64,000 bases of DNA from Trueperaceae bacterium. GTDB taxonomy: Bacteria > Deinococcota > Deinococci > Deinococcales > Trueperaceae. The stretch is taken from contig JAXHNB010000002.1 in assembly GCA_034520945.1 (NCBI GenBank), positions 128,001 to 192,000 on the forward strand, given 5' to 3'. Position numbers and translations under genes: made by a program. The notes beneath the pieces were generated by a model. It was given only the letters and a program-made list of their open reading frames with translations, searched no databases and was not told the origin of the DNA. This document shows positions 12,621 through 22,805 of the stretch, piece by piece. The stretch's first letter is position 1. Every line of letters begins with the position of its first letter.

Positions 12621-13264
12621 CGCGACGTCCGCCCGTCCGGTGTGTCTTCGGAGGCCCGCGCTGCGAGGCGTGCCTCGACCTCGCCACGCAAGCGCGTGCG
12701 CGCCCCCTCCAGCCGGTTCGCGAAGGTGGCGTCCACGCTGGCCCGCCCCGAACGGGCCACCAGGCCGCGCCCCTGCTGGAGCGGCTCCGCGGCGCGCTGC
12801 AGGGCCGGTCCGTCCTCCTCGGCCCACGCGGCGACCTCTTCGCCGCTGCACCGGGCGTGCATGGTGGGATCGAGCTGCACCACGACGGTGTCGCCCCCCA
12901 GCTCCCGGGCCGCCTGCCGCGCCAAGCGGGCGAGCGTATCGGCGTACGCCGCTTCGAAGGTGTGCTCCTCCAGCGCGGCCTGGGCCGCGGTGAACGCCTG
13001 CTCGATCCGTGCCTCCCGCGCCTCCAACATGCGCTGCTTCCGCTCCAGCTCCGCGGTCGCCAAGCGCCGGCGCTTCGCCTCCGCCGCGTCGCGCCGGCCC
13101 TGCGCCAGGATCGCCTCGCGCGCGTGTTCCGCGCGCTGCTGGCCCTCCTCCTGGATGCGACGCGCCTCCTCTTCGCTGGATGCCTCTCGCGCCAGGGCGC
13201 GTTGCTCCGCGCGCCGCCGCACGCGCGCGATCAGGCCGTCCAGATCGCCTAGAACGCGGCTCAC
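12617..13264 (-). CDS. V/A-type ATP synthase subunit E (peripheral stalk)
   Basis: Ala/Glu/Arg-rich coiled coil followed by a globular C-terminus (GLVARSG..SVDATF.NRL); operon position. Confidence 0.82.
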   Translation of the reverse strand: MSRVLGDLDGLIARVRRRAEQRALAREASSEEEARRIQEEGQQRAEHAREAILAQGRRDAAEAKRRRLATAELERKQRMLEAREARIEQAFTAAQAALEEHTFEAAYADTLARLARQAARELGGDTVVVQLDPTMHARCSGEEVAAWAEEDGPALQRAAEPLQQGRGLVARSGRASVDATFANRLEGARTRLRGEVEARLAARASEDTPDGRTSR

Positions 13265-13268
13265 GGCG

Positions 13269-13586
13269 TCACCGCTCCAGACGCAGGCCCAGGACGCGTT
13301 CGACCCGTTCGCCCAGGGGCGCGTAGGCGGTGGGGTCGTCCGGGTCGGGGATCTCGACCAGGAGGGGGCCACGGTCGTCCAGCGCGGCACGCTCGACGCG
13401 GTCCCGCAGCGGTTCGCTCCACGCCCGGCCCAACAGCACCATGCACACGCCGGGGGCGGCCAACGCCTCGTCCAGCGCGGCGGCCGCCTCGGCGGGCGTC
13501 GTCACGGCCGTGCCCTCGATGCCCAGGAGGCCCAGGCCGAGGACCGTGTCCGGCGGGCCGACCACCACGATCCGCCCCCGCCTCAT
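13269..13586 (-). CDS. V/A-type ATP synthase subunit F
   Basis: RIVVVG.PDTVLG.GL.GIEG...P.LVEIP...ERVLG pattern, about 105 aa. Confidence 0.88.
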   Translation of the reverse strand: MRRGRIVVVGPPDTVLGLGLLGIEGTAVTTPAEAAAALDEALAAPGVCMVLLGRAWSEPLRDRVERAALDDRGPLLVEIPDPDDPTAYAPLGERVERVLGLRLER

Positions 13587-13903
13587 CCGCCCCCCAGGAT
13601 GATGAACGACACGATCAGGCCGTAGATCACGATGCCTTCGGCCAGGCCGACGAAGATCAGCGTGCGCCCGAGCAACTCGGGTTTCTCGGCGATGGCGCCG
13701 ATGGCGGCGGCGCCGGCGATCCCTACGGCGATGCCGGCCCCGATGGCCGCCAGGCCGGTCGCGACGGCGGCCGCCAGCGCATCGCGCGACGCCGCGTCGC
13801 CGGCCTCCTGGGCCGCCGCGAAGCCGGCCACGAAGGCGAACATGCATACGAGCACGACCACGACGCGGGCGTACCGGCGGGGAACGAGGGGGAGCCTAGG
13901 CAT
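13583..13903 (-). CDS. V/A-type ATP synthase subunit K/c (proteolipid)
   Basis: GLAAIGAGIAVG...GAIAEKPE...FVGLAEGIVIYGL hairpin with the conserved Glu, preceded by a signal-like hydrophobic N-terminal extension. Confidence 0.93.
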   Translation of the reverse strand: MPRLPLVPRRYARVVVVLVCMFAFVAGFAAAQEAGDAASRDALAAAVATGLAAIGAGIAVGIAGAAAIGAIAEKPELLGRTLIFVGLAEGIVIYGLIVSFIILGGG

Positions 13904-15788
13904 CGGTACCTCCTGCGAACGAGAACGAAAGGGGACGGAAGGGGGTGCCCGTACCTTGGAAGAAGCGCCCGAAGAACTCGTAGTACTGCAGGCGGAGCGC
14001 CTGGATGCCGACGATGAGGCCCTCGAACCCGACGATGAGGGCGGTGCCGAGCAGGAAGACCGCCCACCCCATCGGCCCGCTGGCGTACTGCAGCACCACG
14101 CCGGACAGGCCTTCGTGCGCGACGGCGAACGCACCCAGCCGCACGAACGACAGGCTGTTCGACAGGTAGGCGATGACCGCTTCGAACAGCTCGAAGAACC
14201 CCGTCACCACGTGTGCGCCGGGCCGGACGGGCGCGCCACGCATCCGCTCCGCCAACGGCTCGCGGAACCACATGGCGGCCGCCAGCGGCGCCAGCAGCGC
14301 CAGCCAGGCGCCGGTCGGGATCCACCCGGCGTACGCCGCCAGCCCTCCGCCCAGCAGCGCCCAGTACAACGCCGCGCCCAGGACGCCGCTCTTGTCGAGC
14401 CAGAAGCGCGGCGCGTCGCCGGTGCGCCACGCCGAGATCAGGTTCAGGGCGAAGCCGAGATTCAGGATGACGGCCCCCGCCACCACCGCCGCGATCAACA
14501 GAGGAAAGATGGCGTGCATCGGCTGCAGCCACAACGGCGGCGTGACGGCCGCGCCGAAGGCGACGCCGTAGAGGGCGCCGAACCCCGTCGCGGTGGCGCC
14601 CGCGGCGGCCACGACGGTGCCGAACGAGGTCGCGCGGCGCAGCAGCAGCCCGACCCCGAACAGCAGCGCGCCGTGCCCCATGTCCCCGAACATCATTCCG
14701 TACGTGAACAGGAACACGATCGCCGTGACCAGCGTGGGATCCACCTCGTCGTACCCGGCCAGGCCGAAGGTGGTGACGAGCGCTTCGAAGGGTCGAAGCC
14801 AGGAGGGATTGCGCACCAGGCTCGGCACGTCGCGACGCCCAGGATTGGGGGGAAACGTCTCCACCACCAGGGGGTACTCGGCCACGGCGCGGACCCGTTG
14901 TTCGACCCGCGCGGCACGCGAGCGTGCCAGCCAGCCCGCGATCACGTACACGCCGTCCCGGTAGGGGAAGTGGCGAATCGCCGCGCACGCCTCGACGTTC
15001 GCTCGCGCCTTCGCGGACGCGGCCAGCACGCGCGGCCCGAGGTCCCGCGCGAGCTCCGCCCGGTGCCCGTCCAGTTCCTCGCGCCGTGCCCGCGCCGGCT
15101 CGAGGTCGGCCGCGACCGCGTCCGACGCCTCGTCCGGGGCGCCCCGTACGTGCGCGGGAAGCTCGACCGGCTCGAAGAACGCGGTACGGAGCGCACGGTC
15201 CAGGACGTGCCCGTCCTCGTGCGCCGTGGAGGCGGCGACCAGGGTGCGTGCCCCCCGGCGCTCCAAGGGGACCAGCACGAACGCCACCTGGAACAGGGCG
15301 GCCGCGACGCGATCGACGTTCGCTTCGGGCAGCGTGCCGATCGCGAGGTGATGGTGACGAAGCGTGCGGAGGTCCTCCACGTTCGCGTCCAGTGGGCCGA
15401 GCAGGGCGAGTTGCCGCTGGGCCTCCTGCAGATCGTCGATGTCGCGTCGCACCTGCTGGACGTCGTCGCGCCAGGAGCCGACGCGGGTTTCGAAGCGCAC
15501 CAGCTCGTCCTCGAGGTCCTCCCGGTCGGTGGAGGGATGCGGCTCCACCTCGTCCAGTGGCAGTGGCGCTTCATTCAGGCCGAGCGCGGAGCGGACGTCG
15601 TCCAGCCGTTGCGCGAGCGTCTGGTAGGCCTCGAAGCGCTCCGTCCACACCGGCGCGGGGGCCCAGTGTTCGCCCTCCTGCACCTCGAGGTGCAGGGCGC
15701 GTTCCCGCATGAGGGCCACCGTGACGCGCTCGAGGTCGCGTTCGTTCACGAACAGGCTCGTCTCCAACAAGCGGTCGGGGGCCAGCAT
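13896..15788 (-). CDS. V/A-type ATP synthase subunit I/a
   Basis: YDEVDPT...YGMMFGDMGHG, SNSLSFVRLGAF..AH..L and EGL.V.IQALRLQYYEFF.RFF motifs. Confidence 0.95.
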   Translation of the reverse strand: MLAPDRLLETSLFVNERDLERVTVALMRERALHLEVQEGEHWAPAPVWTERFEAYQTLAQRLDDVRSALGLNEAPLPLDEVEPHPSTDREDLEDELVRFETRVGSWRDDVQQVRRDIDDLQEAQRQLALLGPLDANVEDLRTLRHHHLAIGTLPEANVDRVAAALFQVAFVLVPLERRGARTLVAASTAHEDGHVLDRALRTAFFEPVELPAHVRGAPDEASDAVAADLEPARARREELDGHRAELARDLGPRVLAASAKARANVEACAAIRHFPYRDGVYVIAGWLARSRAARVEQRVRAVAEYPLVVETFPPNPGRRDVPSLVRNPSWLRPFEALVTTFGLAGYDEVDPTLVTAIVFLFTYGMMFGDMGHGALLFGVGLLLRRATSFGTVVAAAGATATGFGALYGVAFGAAVTPPLWLQPMHAIFPLLIAAVVAGAVILNLGFALNLISAWRTGDAPRFWLDKSGVLGAALYWALLGGGLAAYAGWIPTGAWLALLAPLAAAMWFREPLAERMRGAPVRPGAHVVTGFFELFEAVIAYLSNSLSFVRLGAFAVAHEGLSGVVLQYASGPMGWAVFLLGTALIVGFEGLIVGIQALRLQYYEFFGRFFQGTGTPFRPLSFSFAGGTDA

Positions 15789-15791
15789 GCC

Positions 15792-16796
15792 TCACGCCCC
15801 CGGTCGTTCGGGGAGATCGACGTCGCGCCCCTGACGCTTCGCTTCCAACAGCCGGACCAGGTCGTCCACCTCCGCCTCCAGTTCGATCAGGTACGCCAAC
15901 GGCAGGCCGATGCCGAACGGGCTCCGCGCGAAGCGGCGATGCGCCTCGAGGCGGCGCAAGGCCTCGGTACGCTTCTCCAGCGCACGCACGTTCTCGCGTT
16001 CGCTCGCGTCGGGCGGGAGTTCGACGCCCAGCGCGGCGGCCTCCACCTGCAGCGGGGCGCCGGCGGCGACCCGCTGCACCATGGCCAGTCCACCGCCGAA
16101 GTCCTTGTGGAGGCAGAAGTTCACGACCTCCTCGGGGCGCATGCCGGCCACATTGCGGTAGCGCGCGGCCGCCAGCAGATTGCCGCGGGCCAGCCAGCGG
16201 CCCAGCAGCGTTTCGGCGTCCTGCCGGTCGCCACGCCCCAGCGCCTCGATGCGGGACACCAGGCCCTGCTGGAAGGCGAGGTCCAGGGCGACCTCCAGGA
16301 AGAACGGCCGGCGCTCGGCCCGGAACCGGTCCCAGGCGTCGTCCAGCGCCTTGCCGTAGGGACGGCCTGCCATCACGCCGCGGAGGGCGTCCAGCGAGCG
16401 GACAGCGGCCAGTTCGGCGACGATCGGGTCGTCGTCGGCCTGCCGTGTCGTGCCGGCGAGCGCCTCGTCGATCGAGCGGCGATGGTGCAGCGCCCGGATC
16501 AGCAGTTTCAGGTCCTGCACCTCGAAGCGGCTGGCGTACCAGCGGAGCAGCTCCCGCCCCCGGCGCGGCAGCGCGTCCGCCAGGGAGCGCGTATCGCGGT
16601 AGACGTGGCGGCGGAGCGTGCGTTCGACGTGTTCCGTCTGCGCGACGTGGGGGTGCGCGGTCTCGGCCAGGATGTCGAGGGCGCGTTCACGCCCGGAGGC
16701 GTTCAGAAGTTCGCGCCACGTCCCGCCTTCCAGCAGCCGCGCGCGCCGCGCGCGGGTCCGGGCCTGGGCGGAGGCGTAGCCCACCGCGGCCAGCAC
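15792..16796 (-). CDS. V/A-type ATP synthase subunit C/d (AC39 family)
   Basis: Y.SA.AR.RA..ARLL, FE..DLK.LIRA, LE.ALD and PF.I..PLAYL..LE.E motifs; AAGGA before GTG 16796. Confidence 0.85.
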   Translation of the reverse strand: MLAAVGYASAQARTRARRARLLEGGTWRELLNASGRERALDILAETAHPHVAQTEHVERTLRRHVYRDTRSLADALPRRGRELLRWYASRFEVQDLKLLIRALHHRRSIDEALAGTTRQADDDPIVAELAAVRSLDALRGVMAGRPYGKALDDAWDRFRAERRPFFLEVALDLAFQQGLVSRIEALGRGDRQDAETLLGRWLARGNLLAAARYRNVAGMRPEEVVNFCLHKDFGGGLAMVQRVAAGAPLQVEAAALGVELPPDASERENVRALEKRTEALRRLEAHRRFARSPFGIGLPLAYLIELEAEVDDLVRLLEAKRQGRDVDLPERPGA

Positions 16797-16797
16797 G

Positions 16798-17133
16798 TCA
16801 AGGTTCCTTGGCCGTGACCCAGCGAACGATCCGTTCGGCGGCGACGTCCACGCGCGACGCGGCCGCTGCATCGGCTTCGGCGATCCGTTCGCCCGACCGG
16901 CGCGCCTCCTCCTCGACGGCGTCCTCCGCCTCAGCGAGCGCCTCGCGTTGGGCGCGCTCCGCCTCCGCGCGCGCCTCGTCGCGGGCGGCCCGCACCACCT
17001 CGTCGGCCTCGCGGCGGGCGCGCGCCACGTGCGCCTCCGCCGCGGCGTCCGCGTCTTCGACGCGCCCGCGGGCATCCGCCTCGCTTGCGAGCAACCGGTG
17101 CAGGACCTCCTGCGCCGTCACGGCCTGGCTCAT
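16798..17133 (-). CDS. V/A-type ATP synthase subunit G/H (peripheral stalk)
   Basis: About 111-aa Ala/Glu/Arg coiled coil at the head of the operon. Confidence 0.75.
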   Translation of the reverse strand: MSQAVTAQEVLHRLLASEADARGRVEDADAAAEAHVARARREADEVVRAARDEARAEAERAQREALAEAEDAVEEEARRSGERIAEADAAAASRVDVAAERIVRWVTAKEP

Positions 17134-17337
17134 GATTCGACGGTAGGGCCGCACCGGCTGTCGCACCAGAGCGAATTGTCCCGCAGGGATCGCGTGCGTA
17201 CCGGGTGGCGCGCCGCGCGCCGATGCGGCTGCACCGCCTGCCAGCGAGGCGTACGCGAATGCGGGTACGCTCGCAAACGACATGCGCCACGCTCCGCGAC
17301 GTGCGTGGCCGACCCCCGCACGCTTGGAGGTTTCGAC

Positions 17338-17964
17338 GTGCCCGACGCTCCCAACACCCCACGCCTTCTGCCCGAGATCGAAGCCCGACGGAGCCCGCGA
17401 GCGTTCGCGCCCCGCGCCGTGCCCGACGCGATCCTGGCGCGCCTCTTCGAAGCGGCCCGCTGGGCCCCGTCCAGCGGCAACGGCCAGCCGTGGCGCTTCG
17501 TGCTGACGCGCCGCGGCGGCGAGGCATGGGCGCGCCTGGCCGCGACCCTGCGGCCCGGCAACGCCTGGGCCCGCGAGGCGCCCCTGCTGCTGCTGGCCGC
17601 CGTGCACACGGTGTTCGACGCGCCCGGCAAGCCGCCCAAACCCAACCGGCGCGCGCTGTTCGAGCTGGGCCTCGCCTGCCAGAACCTGCTGCTGCAGGCC
17701 ACCCACGACGGCCTGGTCGCACACCCCATGGCGGGCTTCGACGCCGACGCCGCCGCCGAGGCCGCCGGGGTGGAGGGCGAGCACCAAATCGTCGTGCTGC
17801 TGGCGCTTGGCTACCCGGGCGATCCCGCCGCCCTGGATCCCGAGGTGCGGGCCAAGGACGAACGGCCGCGCACACGCCTTCCGCAGCGGGACTTCGTGTT
17901 CGAGGACCGTTGGGGCCTACCGGCCGCCTGGACGCAGGACGCCGGAGACGCGCAAACCTCATGA
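17338..17964 (+). CDS. Nitroreductase family protein
   Basis: I.ARRSPRAF, LFEAARWAPSSGN.QPWRF, LQAT..GL..HPMAGFD and LGYPG motifs; GGAGG before GTG 17338. Confidence 0.92.
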   Translation: MPDAPNTPRLLPEIEARRSPRAFAPRAVPDAILARLFEAARWAPSSGNGQPWRFVLTRRGGEAWARLAATLRPGNAWAREAPLLLLAAVHTVFDAPGKPPKPNRRALFELGLACQNLLLQATHDGLVAHPMAGFDADAAAEAAGVEGEHQIVVLLALGYPGDPAALDPEVRAKDERPRTRLPQRDFVFEDRWGLPAAWTQDAGDAQTS

Positions 17965-19196
17965 CGCAGGTCGCGCTCCACGAGGCGACCAGGGCGCTAC
18001 GAGCGGTCGCGCCCACGCCGCACCCGCAGCGCATCCCGTTGGACGAGACGCTCGGACGCACCTTGGCCGAGCCGCACGCCGCCCGCGCGGACGTGCCCGG
18101 CCGCGACGCGGCGGCGATGGACGGCTACGCCTGCCGCGCAATGGACGCTGGGCACGCGACGTCGGCAAACCCCGTGTCGCTGGAGGTGGTCGGCGCGTCG
18201 CGCGCCGGCGCGGCGCACCACGGGACGATCGGGCCCGGCCAGGCGGTCGCGGTCGCCACCGGCGCGGTGCTGCCCGAAGGGGCCGACGCGATCGCGGTGA
18301 TCGAGAACGCGGAGCCCGCGGGGAACGCGGTGCGGCTGTTTGCCCCGCCCGAACCCAAGCACGTGCGCCGCAGCGGCGAAGATCTGGAGCGCGCGGTGGC
18401 CGCCTTGCCCGCAGGCCTGGTGTTGGATCCCGTCCACGTCGGGTTGTTGGCGGCCTTCGGCCACGGCGAGGTCGCCGTCGCGCGGCGCCCGCGCGTGCGG
18501 GTGCTGCCGACCGGACCGGAGCTGGTCGCACCCGGCGGGACACCGGGCCCGGAGCAGGTGTTCGAATCGAACGGCGCGCTGGCGTGCGCCCTGCTTCGTG
18601 CCTTCGGGGCCGACCCCGAGCAGGGTCCGAGCGTCGGGGACGACGAGGCCGCGGTGCGGCGGGCGGCGGACCAGGCGGGCGACGCCGCGCTGCTGGTCAC
18701 CACGGGCGGCGCGTCGGTCGGCCGGCACGACGCGGTCCGCCGCGTGCTCGAGGCGGACGGCGACCTGCGGTTCGGAGGGATCCGTGTCCGTCCCGGCCGG
18801 CCGGCCATGATGGCCGTCCGCGACGGCGTCCCCTGGCTGGCGCTGCCCGGCACCCCGCACGCGGTGGCGGTGCTGGGGACGCTCCTGCTCGGCGCGTGGG
18901 CGCACGCCGCGCTGGGACGCGCGGGCGAGCCGCCGACCGCACGGCGCGTGGCCGCCGTGTGCGACGGGCCTGTCCGTGGCGCGCCCGACCGGACCTCCTT
19001 GTGGCTGGCGCGCACCCATACCGATGGCCGAGGCGTGCGCCACGCGGTGCCGGTGCCACGCCCCGCCGCGTCGCGACTGACCGCCCTGGCCGACGCCGAT
19101 GCGTTGATCGAGGTGCCCCCCGGGCCGGACCTGGCCGCAGGCGCGACGGTCGCCCTCGTTCCCTTCGGCCGTGGCGCGCTCTGGGCGCCGGTCTGA
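17961..19196 (+). CDS. moeA: Molybdopterin molybdotransferase MoeA (gephyrin-like)
   Basis: GRTLAE, AAMDGYA, ATGA.LPEGADA, TG.EL, ESN, TTGG.SVG..D, RPGRP and LPG.P motifs; ATGA overlap with the nitroreductase. Confidence 0.92.
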   Translation: MTQVALHEATRALRAVAPTPHPQRIPLDETLGRTLAEPHAARADVPGRDAAAMDGYACRAMDAGHATSANPVSLEVVGASRAGAAHHGTIGPGQAVAVATGAVLPEGADAIAVIENAEPAGNAVRLFAPPEPKHVRRSGEDLERAVAALPAGLVLDPVHVGLLAAFGHGEVAVARRPRVRVLPTGPELVAPGGTPGPEQVFESNGALACALLRAFGADPEQGPSVGDDEAAVRRAADQAGDAALLVTTGGASVGRHDAVRRVLEADGDLRFGGIRVRPGRPAMMAVRDGVPWLALPGTPHAVAVLGTLLLGAWAHAALGRAGEPPTARRVAAVCDGPVRGAPDRTSLWLARTHTDGRGVRHAVPVPRPAASRLTALADADALIEVPPGPDLAAGATVALVPFGRGALWAPV

Positions 19197-19234
19197 ACCT
19201 CGACGGGACGCGGCGTCCCCTGCCGCCGGCTCGA

Positions 19235-21386
19235 TCAACGATCCAGGTGCGCCCCGTCGGGGCGTTCCTCGAAGCCGCGGCGGGGCGAGGCCGCCGGGAT
19301 CAGCACCAGTGTGGCGAGGGCCGCCACCAGCATCGCGACCCACATCAGGAACGAGATCTGGTGGTGCGGCCTGAGCGGCGAGAGCTGCAGCGCGCTGAGG
19401 CCGACGGCGATGCCGAGGGCGTTCGCCACGATGGGGCGAGTGGCGACGCGCAGCCCCCGGCGCACCCAACCGCGTCCGTCCGGCGCGGCGCGGCGCGCGT
19501 GCTCGATGGCCGCGATCAAGTGCAACGCGTAATCGATGCCGACCCCCAGCACGATGCTGGAGGCGACCACGGTGATCAGGTTCAGGTGAAACCCGGTCGC
19601 CGCCATGAACCCCAATACCACCGCGACGGTGAGCGAGATCGGCGCCAACGCCAGCAGGGCGCGGCCGAGACGCCGGTAGGTGAGCCATAGAAGCAGCGCC
19701 ACCAACGCGAACGCCACGCCCAGCGAGCGCACCTGTGCCCGGGCGACGGTATGGCTCAACTGCTGGAACAGCATCGGCGTGCCCGAGAGGATCCGGATCT
19801 CGGGCGCGTCCTGGGCCGCGTTCCGCCAGGTGGACACGTCGCCGGCGTCGTAGTCCCCCGGCAGGAACACGAAGCGCAGTCCGTCCTCGCGGGCCATCGG
19901 CCCGAAGGGCAGGTCGCCCTCGCCCCTGAGCAGCGCGTCGCGGCGCGATGCCGGCACGCGCGGCAGGATGTCCGCCAGCGACACCACCCGGCGGACGCCG
20001 GGCAGGTCCTCCAGCGCGCGGGCGCGGTCGCGGATCGCGGCCAGCTGCGGCTTTAGGGGCGCGCCAGGGTCCAGCGCGAACTCGCCGAACAGCGGCGTCG
20101 CCCCGCCGAAGGCGTCCTCCACCGCGCGGAAGCTCTGCCGCACGGGGTGTTCGCGGGGGAAGTAGAACAGCGGGTCGCTGTCGACCGACAGGCGGGGCGC
20201 GTACCAGCCGGCGAACGCCAGCAGCGGGACCACCAGGACCCAGGCGGCCGCCCGCCGTGCCGCCAACCATTCGACGCCCCGCACGAGCCCCTTGCCCACC
20301 CCTCGAGGCGTCCCCTGCACGTCGAGCCGTGACATCAGGGCCGGCAGGGTGAAGTACGAGATGGCGCCGGCCAGCGCGATGCCGGTCGCGACGAACGCCC
20401 CGAGCTGTTGCAGCGGCGCCACGCCGGTCGCGATAAGGGAGAGGAACCCCGCCGCGGTGCTGAGCGTGGTGAGGATCATCGGCACGCCCACCTCGCGCAG
20501 GGCGGCCCCCACCCGGCCGGTGCGCGATTCGCCGCGCGTGGCGGCGTCCTGGAGGTGGCTGACGAAGTGCAGACCGTCGGCGGAACCCATCACGATCACG
20601 AAGACCGGCACGATCACCGTGATCAGGTCCACCTCCACCCCCCACGCGAACAGCAGTCCGAACGTCCATAGAGAACCCAGCACGGCTGGCAGCACCGCCA
20701 GCGCCGCCAGCCGGGGGCGGCCCAGCGTCAGCGTGAACACCGCCAGCAGCAGCGCCAGCACCAGCGGCGGGATGGCCAGCAGGAACCACGACAGCAGGTC
20801 CAGCACCTCCGCGTACACCACCGGGTTGCCCGCGAAGGTCGCGTCCACTCCTTCCGGAAGGGCCACGTCGCGCACCTGCCGGGCCGCCGCGACCGGGTCC
20901 CCGCGCGGCTGGACGACCAGCAGGGTGCGGCGCGCGTCCTTCCCCAGCAGCATCTCCGTGGCGGGCCCGGCCCGGAGCGCAGGCAAGCAGCGGCGCGGGC
21001 AGGCCGCGCAGCACCTCGGCGTTCAGCGTGCCCCCCAGCACCGGCATCTCCTGCGGCAGGAACGAACCGACACTCGCGACCGCGTCGCTGGCCGCCAGGG
21101 CCGCGCGGGCCTCCGCCAGCGCGACCATGCCCTCCCGCTCCGTGAAGGTGCCGCCGTCGGTCCGCGTCAACAGGACGGTGATCGGCTCCGCCGCGCCGTA
21201 CCGTTCTTGCAGGGCCGCGAAGGAGCGCCCTTCGGCGCTGCTCTCCGTCAGGAAGGAGGTGACGTCCACGTCGAACGCGACGCGCGGCAGCATCGCCAGT
21301 GCCGCGGCGGTCAGAAGCGCGGTGACGGCCAGCACCAGGCGGGACCGGCCGACCACGAAGCGCGCCAGCGCGTCCATGGGCCTCAT
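19235..21386 (-). CDS. MMPL/RND-family membrane transporter (single frameshift near 20981)
   Basis: The N-terminal part (LARFVV.RSRLVL...) continues in a second frame with two MMPL repeats (GSADGLH...ILTTLSTAAGFLSL and GVGIDYALH...IVANAL). Removing one T at about 20981 joins them. Confidence 0.85.
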
Positions 21387-21536
21387 GGTACGTCCCGGGC
21401 GCCCGTGGTGCGTCGCTTCGTCCGGGGAGGCCTACGCCGTTCGCGTCCTACAGGTGGGCTTGCGCCCAGGCGAGGCGTCCCCTACACTCGCCGCGACGGC
21501 AAGGAGGGTTGGGACTCGGAGAGAGCGAGGAGCGAC

Positions 21537-22775
21537 ATGGGCGAACGCGTGGATACCGTCGTGATCGGAGGCGGGCAGGCCGGGCTGTCCGCGAGCCATT
21601 TCCTCGGCCGGGCGGGCCGCGAGCACCTGGTCCTGGAACGAGACCGGGTCGGCGAGCGATGGCGTAGCGGCGTCTGGGACTCGTTCACGCTCGTGACCCC
21701 GAATTGGACCCTGCGTTTGCCGGAGTTCGCGTACGACGGGGACGATCCCGACGGCTTCCTCGGCAAGGACGACGTGGTGGCCTACCTCGAGGCGTTCGCC
21801 CGCAAGGTCGACCCGCCCCTTCGCACGGGGGTCGAGGTCACCGCGGTTCGCGGGGACGACGCCGCCGATGTTTTCACGCTCGAAACCACCGACGGGACGT
21901 TACGGGCCCGCAACGTGATCTTGGCCACCGGGACGTTCCGGCACCCCCATCGGCCCGCCGCCGCCGACGACCTGCCGCGCGACCTGCATCAGGTGCACGC
22001 CAGCGCCTACCGAAACCCGGACGCCCTTCCGGACGGGGCGGTGCTGGTCGTGGGCAGCGGCCAGTCGGGCACCCAGATCGCCGACGATCTCGTACGCAGC
22101 GGCCGCCGCACCTACCTGTCCGTGGGACGGGCGCCGCGCCTCCCGCGGCGCTACCGCGGCAAGGACCTGTTCTGGTGGGCCACCACCCTCGGCATCTTCG
22201 ACCGGACGCCCGACCAACTCGAATCGTTGGCCGAACGGTTCGCACCCCACCCGCAGCTCACCGGCCGCGACGGCGGGCGAAGCCTGGACCTGCACGCGTT
22301 GGCGCGCGACGGCGTGACGCTCCTGGGGCGGTTCCAGGGCGCCGGCGACGATCGCCTGCAGTTCGCGCCCGACCTGCACGAAACGCTGGCGCGCATCGAT
22401 CAGGGCGTCGCCGAGTTCCAGCGCAACGTGGACGGCGCCGTCGCCAAGATGGATCTCGACGTGCCTCCGCCCAATGAGCACGAGAACCCGGTCCTGCGCG
22501 ACGGGTACGACGAGCCGCTGCGAACCGAGCTGGGGATGCGCGAGGCCGGCCTCGCCGCCGTGGTGTGGGCGACCGGCTACCGGCACGACTTCTCCTGGGT
22601 GGAACCGTTGCCGTTGGACGACTGGAACTACCCCGACCAACGACGCGGCGTCAGCGACGTGCCCGGCCTGTACCTGACCGGCCTGCACTGGATGCACACG
22701 CAGAAGTCGGGCCTGTTCTACGGCCTGGCGGGCGACACCGAGCACGTGACGGATCACCTGCTGGCGCACCGCTGA
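21537..22775 (+). CDS. Flavin-containing monooxygenase-like NAD(P)/FAD-dependent oxidoreductase (CzcO-like)
   Basis: GGGQAG FAD motif, RW...WDSF.L.TP, ATG, HAS.YRNP, GSGQSG NAD(P) motif and VWATGY. Confidence 0.88.
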   Translation: MGERVDTVVIGGGQAGLSASHFLGRAGREHLVLERDRVGERWRSGVWDSFTLVTPNWTLRLPEFAYDGDDPDGFLGKDDVVAYLEAFARKVDPPLRTGVEVTAVRGDDAADVFTLETTDGTLRARNVILATGTFRHPHRPAAADDLPRDLHQVHASAYRNPDALPDGAVLVVGSGQSGTQIADDLVRSGRRTYLSVGRAPRLPRRYRGKDLFWWATTLGIFDRTPDQLESLAERFAPHPQLTGRDGGRSLDLHALARDGVTLLGRFQGAGDDRLQFAPDLHETLARIDQGVAEFQRNVDGAVAKMDLDVPPPNEHENPVLRDGYDEPLRTELGMREAGLAAVVWATGYRHDFSWVEPLPLDDWNYPDQRRGVSDVPGLYLTGLHWMHTQKSGLFYGLAGDTEHVTDHLLAHR

Positions 22776-22805
22776 GCCGGCCGTCCGGGCGGGTATCCTC
22801 GCGCC

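Noticed and set aside
5497..16817. Very long antisense or alternate-frame ORFs (5497-8244 minus, 6333-8489 plus, 11040-13625 plus, 13632-16817 plus)
   Set aside because: These are shadow ORFs expected at very high GC. They overlap genes with clear family motifs and have none of their own.
17997..21386. 1129-aa minus-strand ORF as a single giant protein
   Set aside because: Only the first ~135 aa are real (MMPL N-terminus). The rest is out-of-frame read-through caused by the frameshift near 20981.
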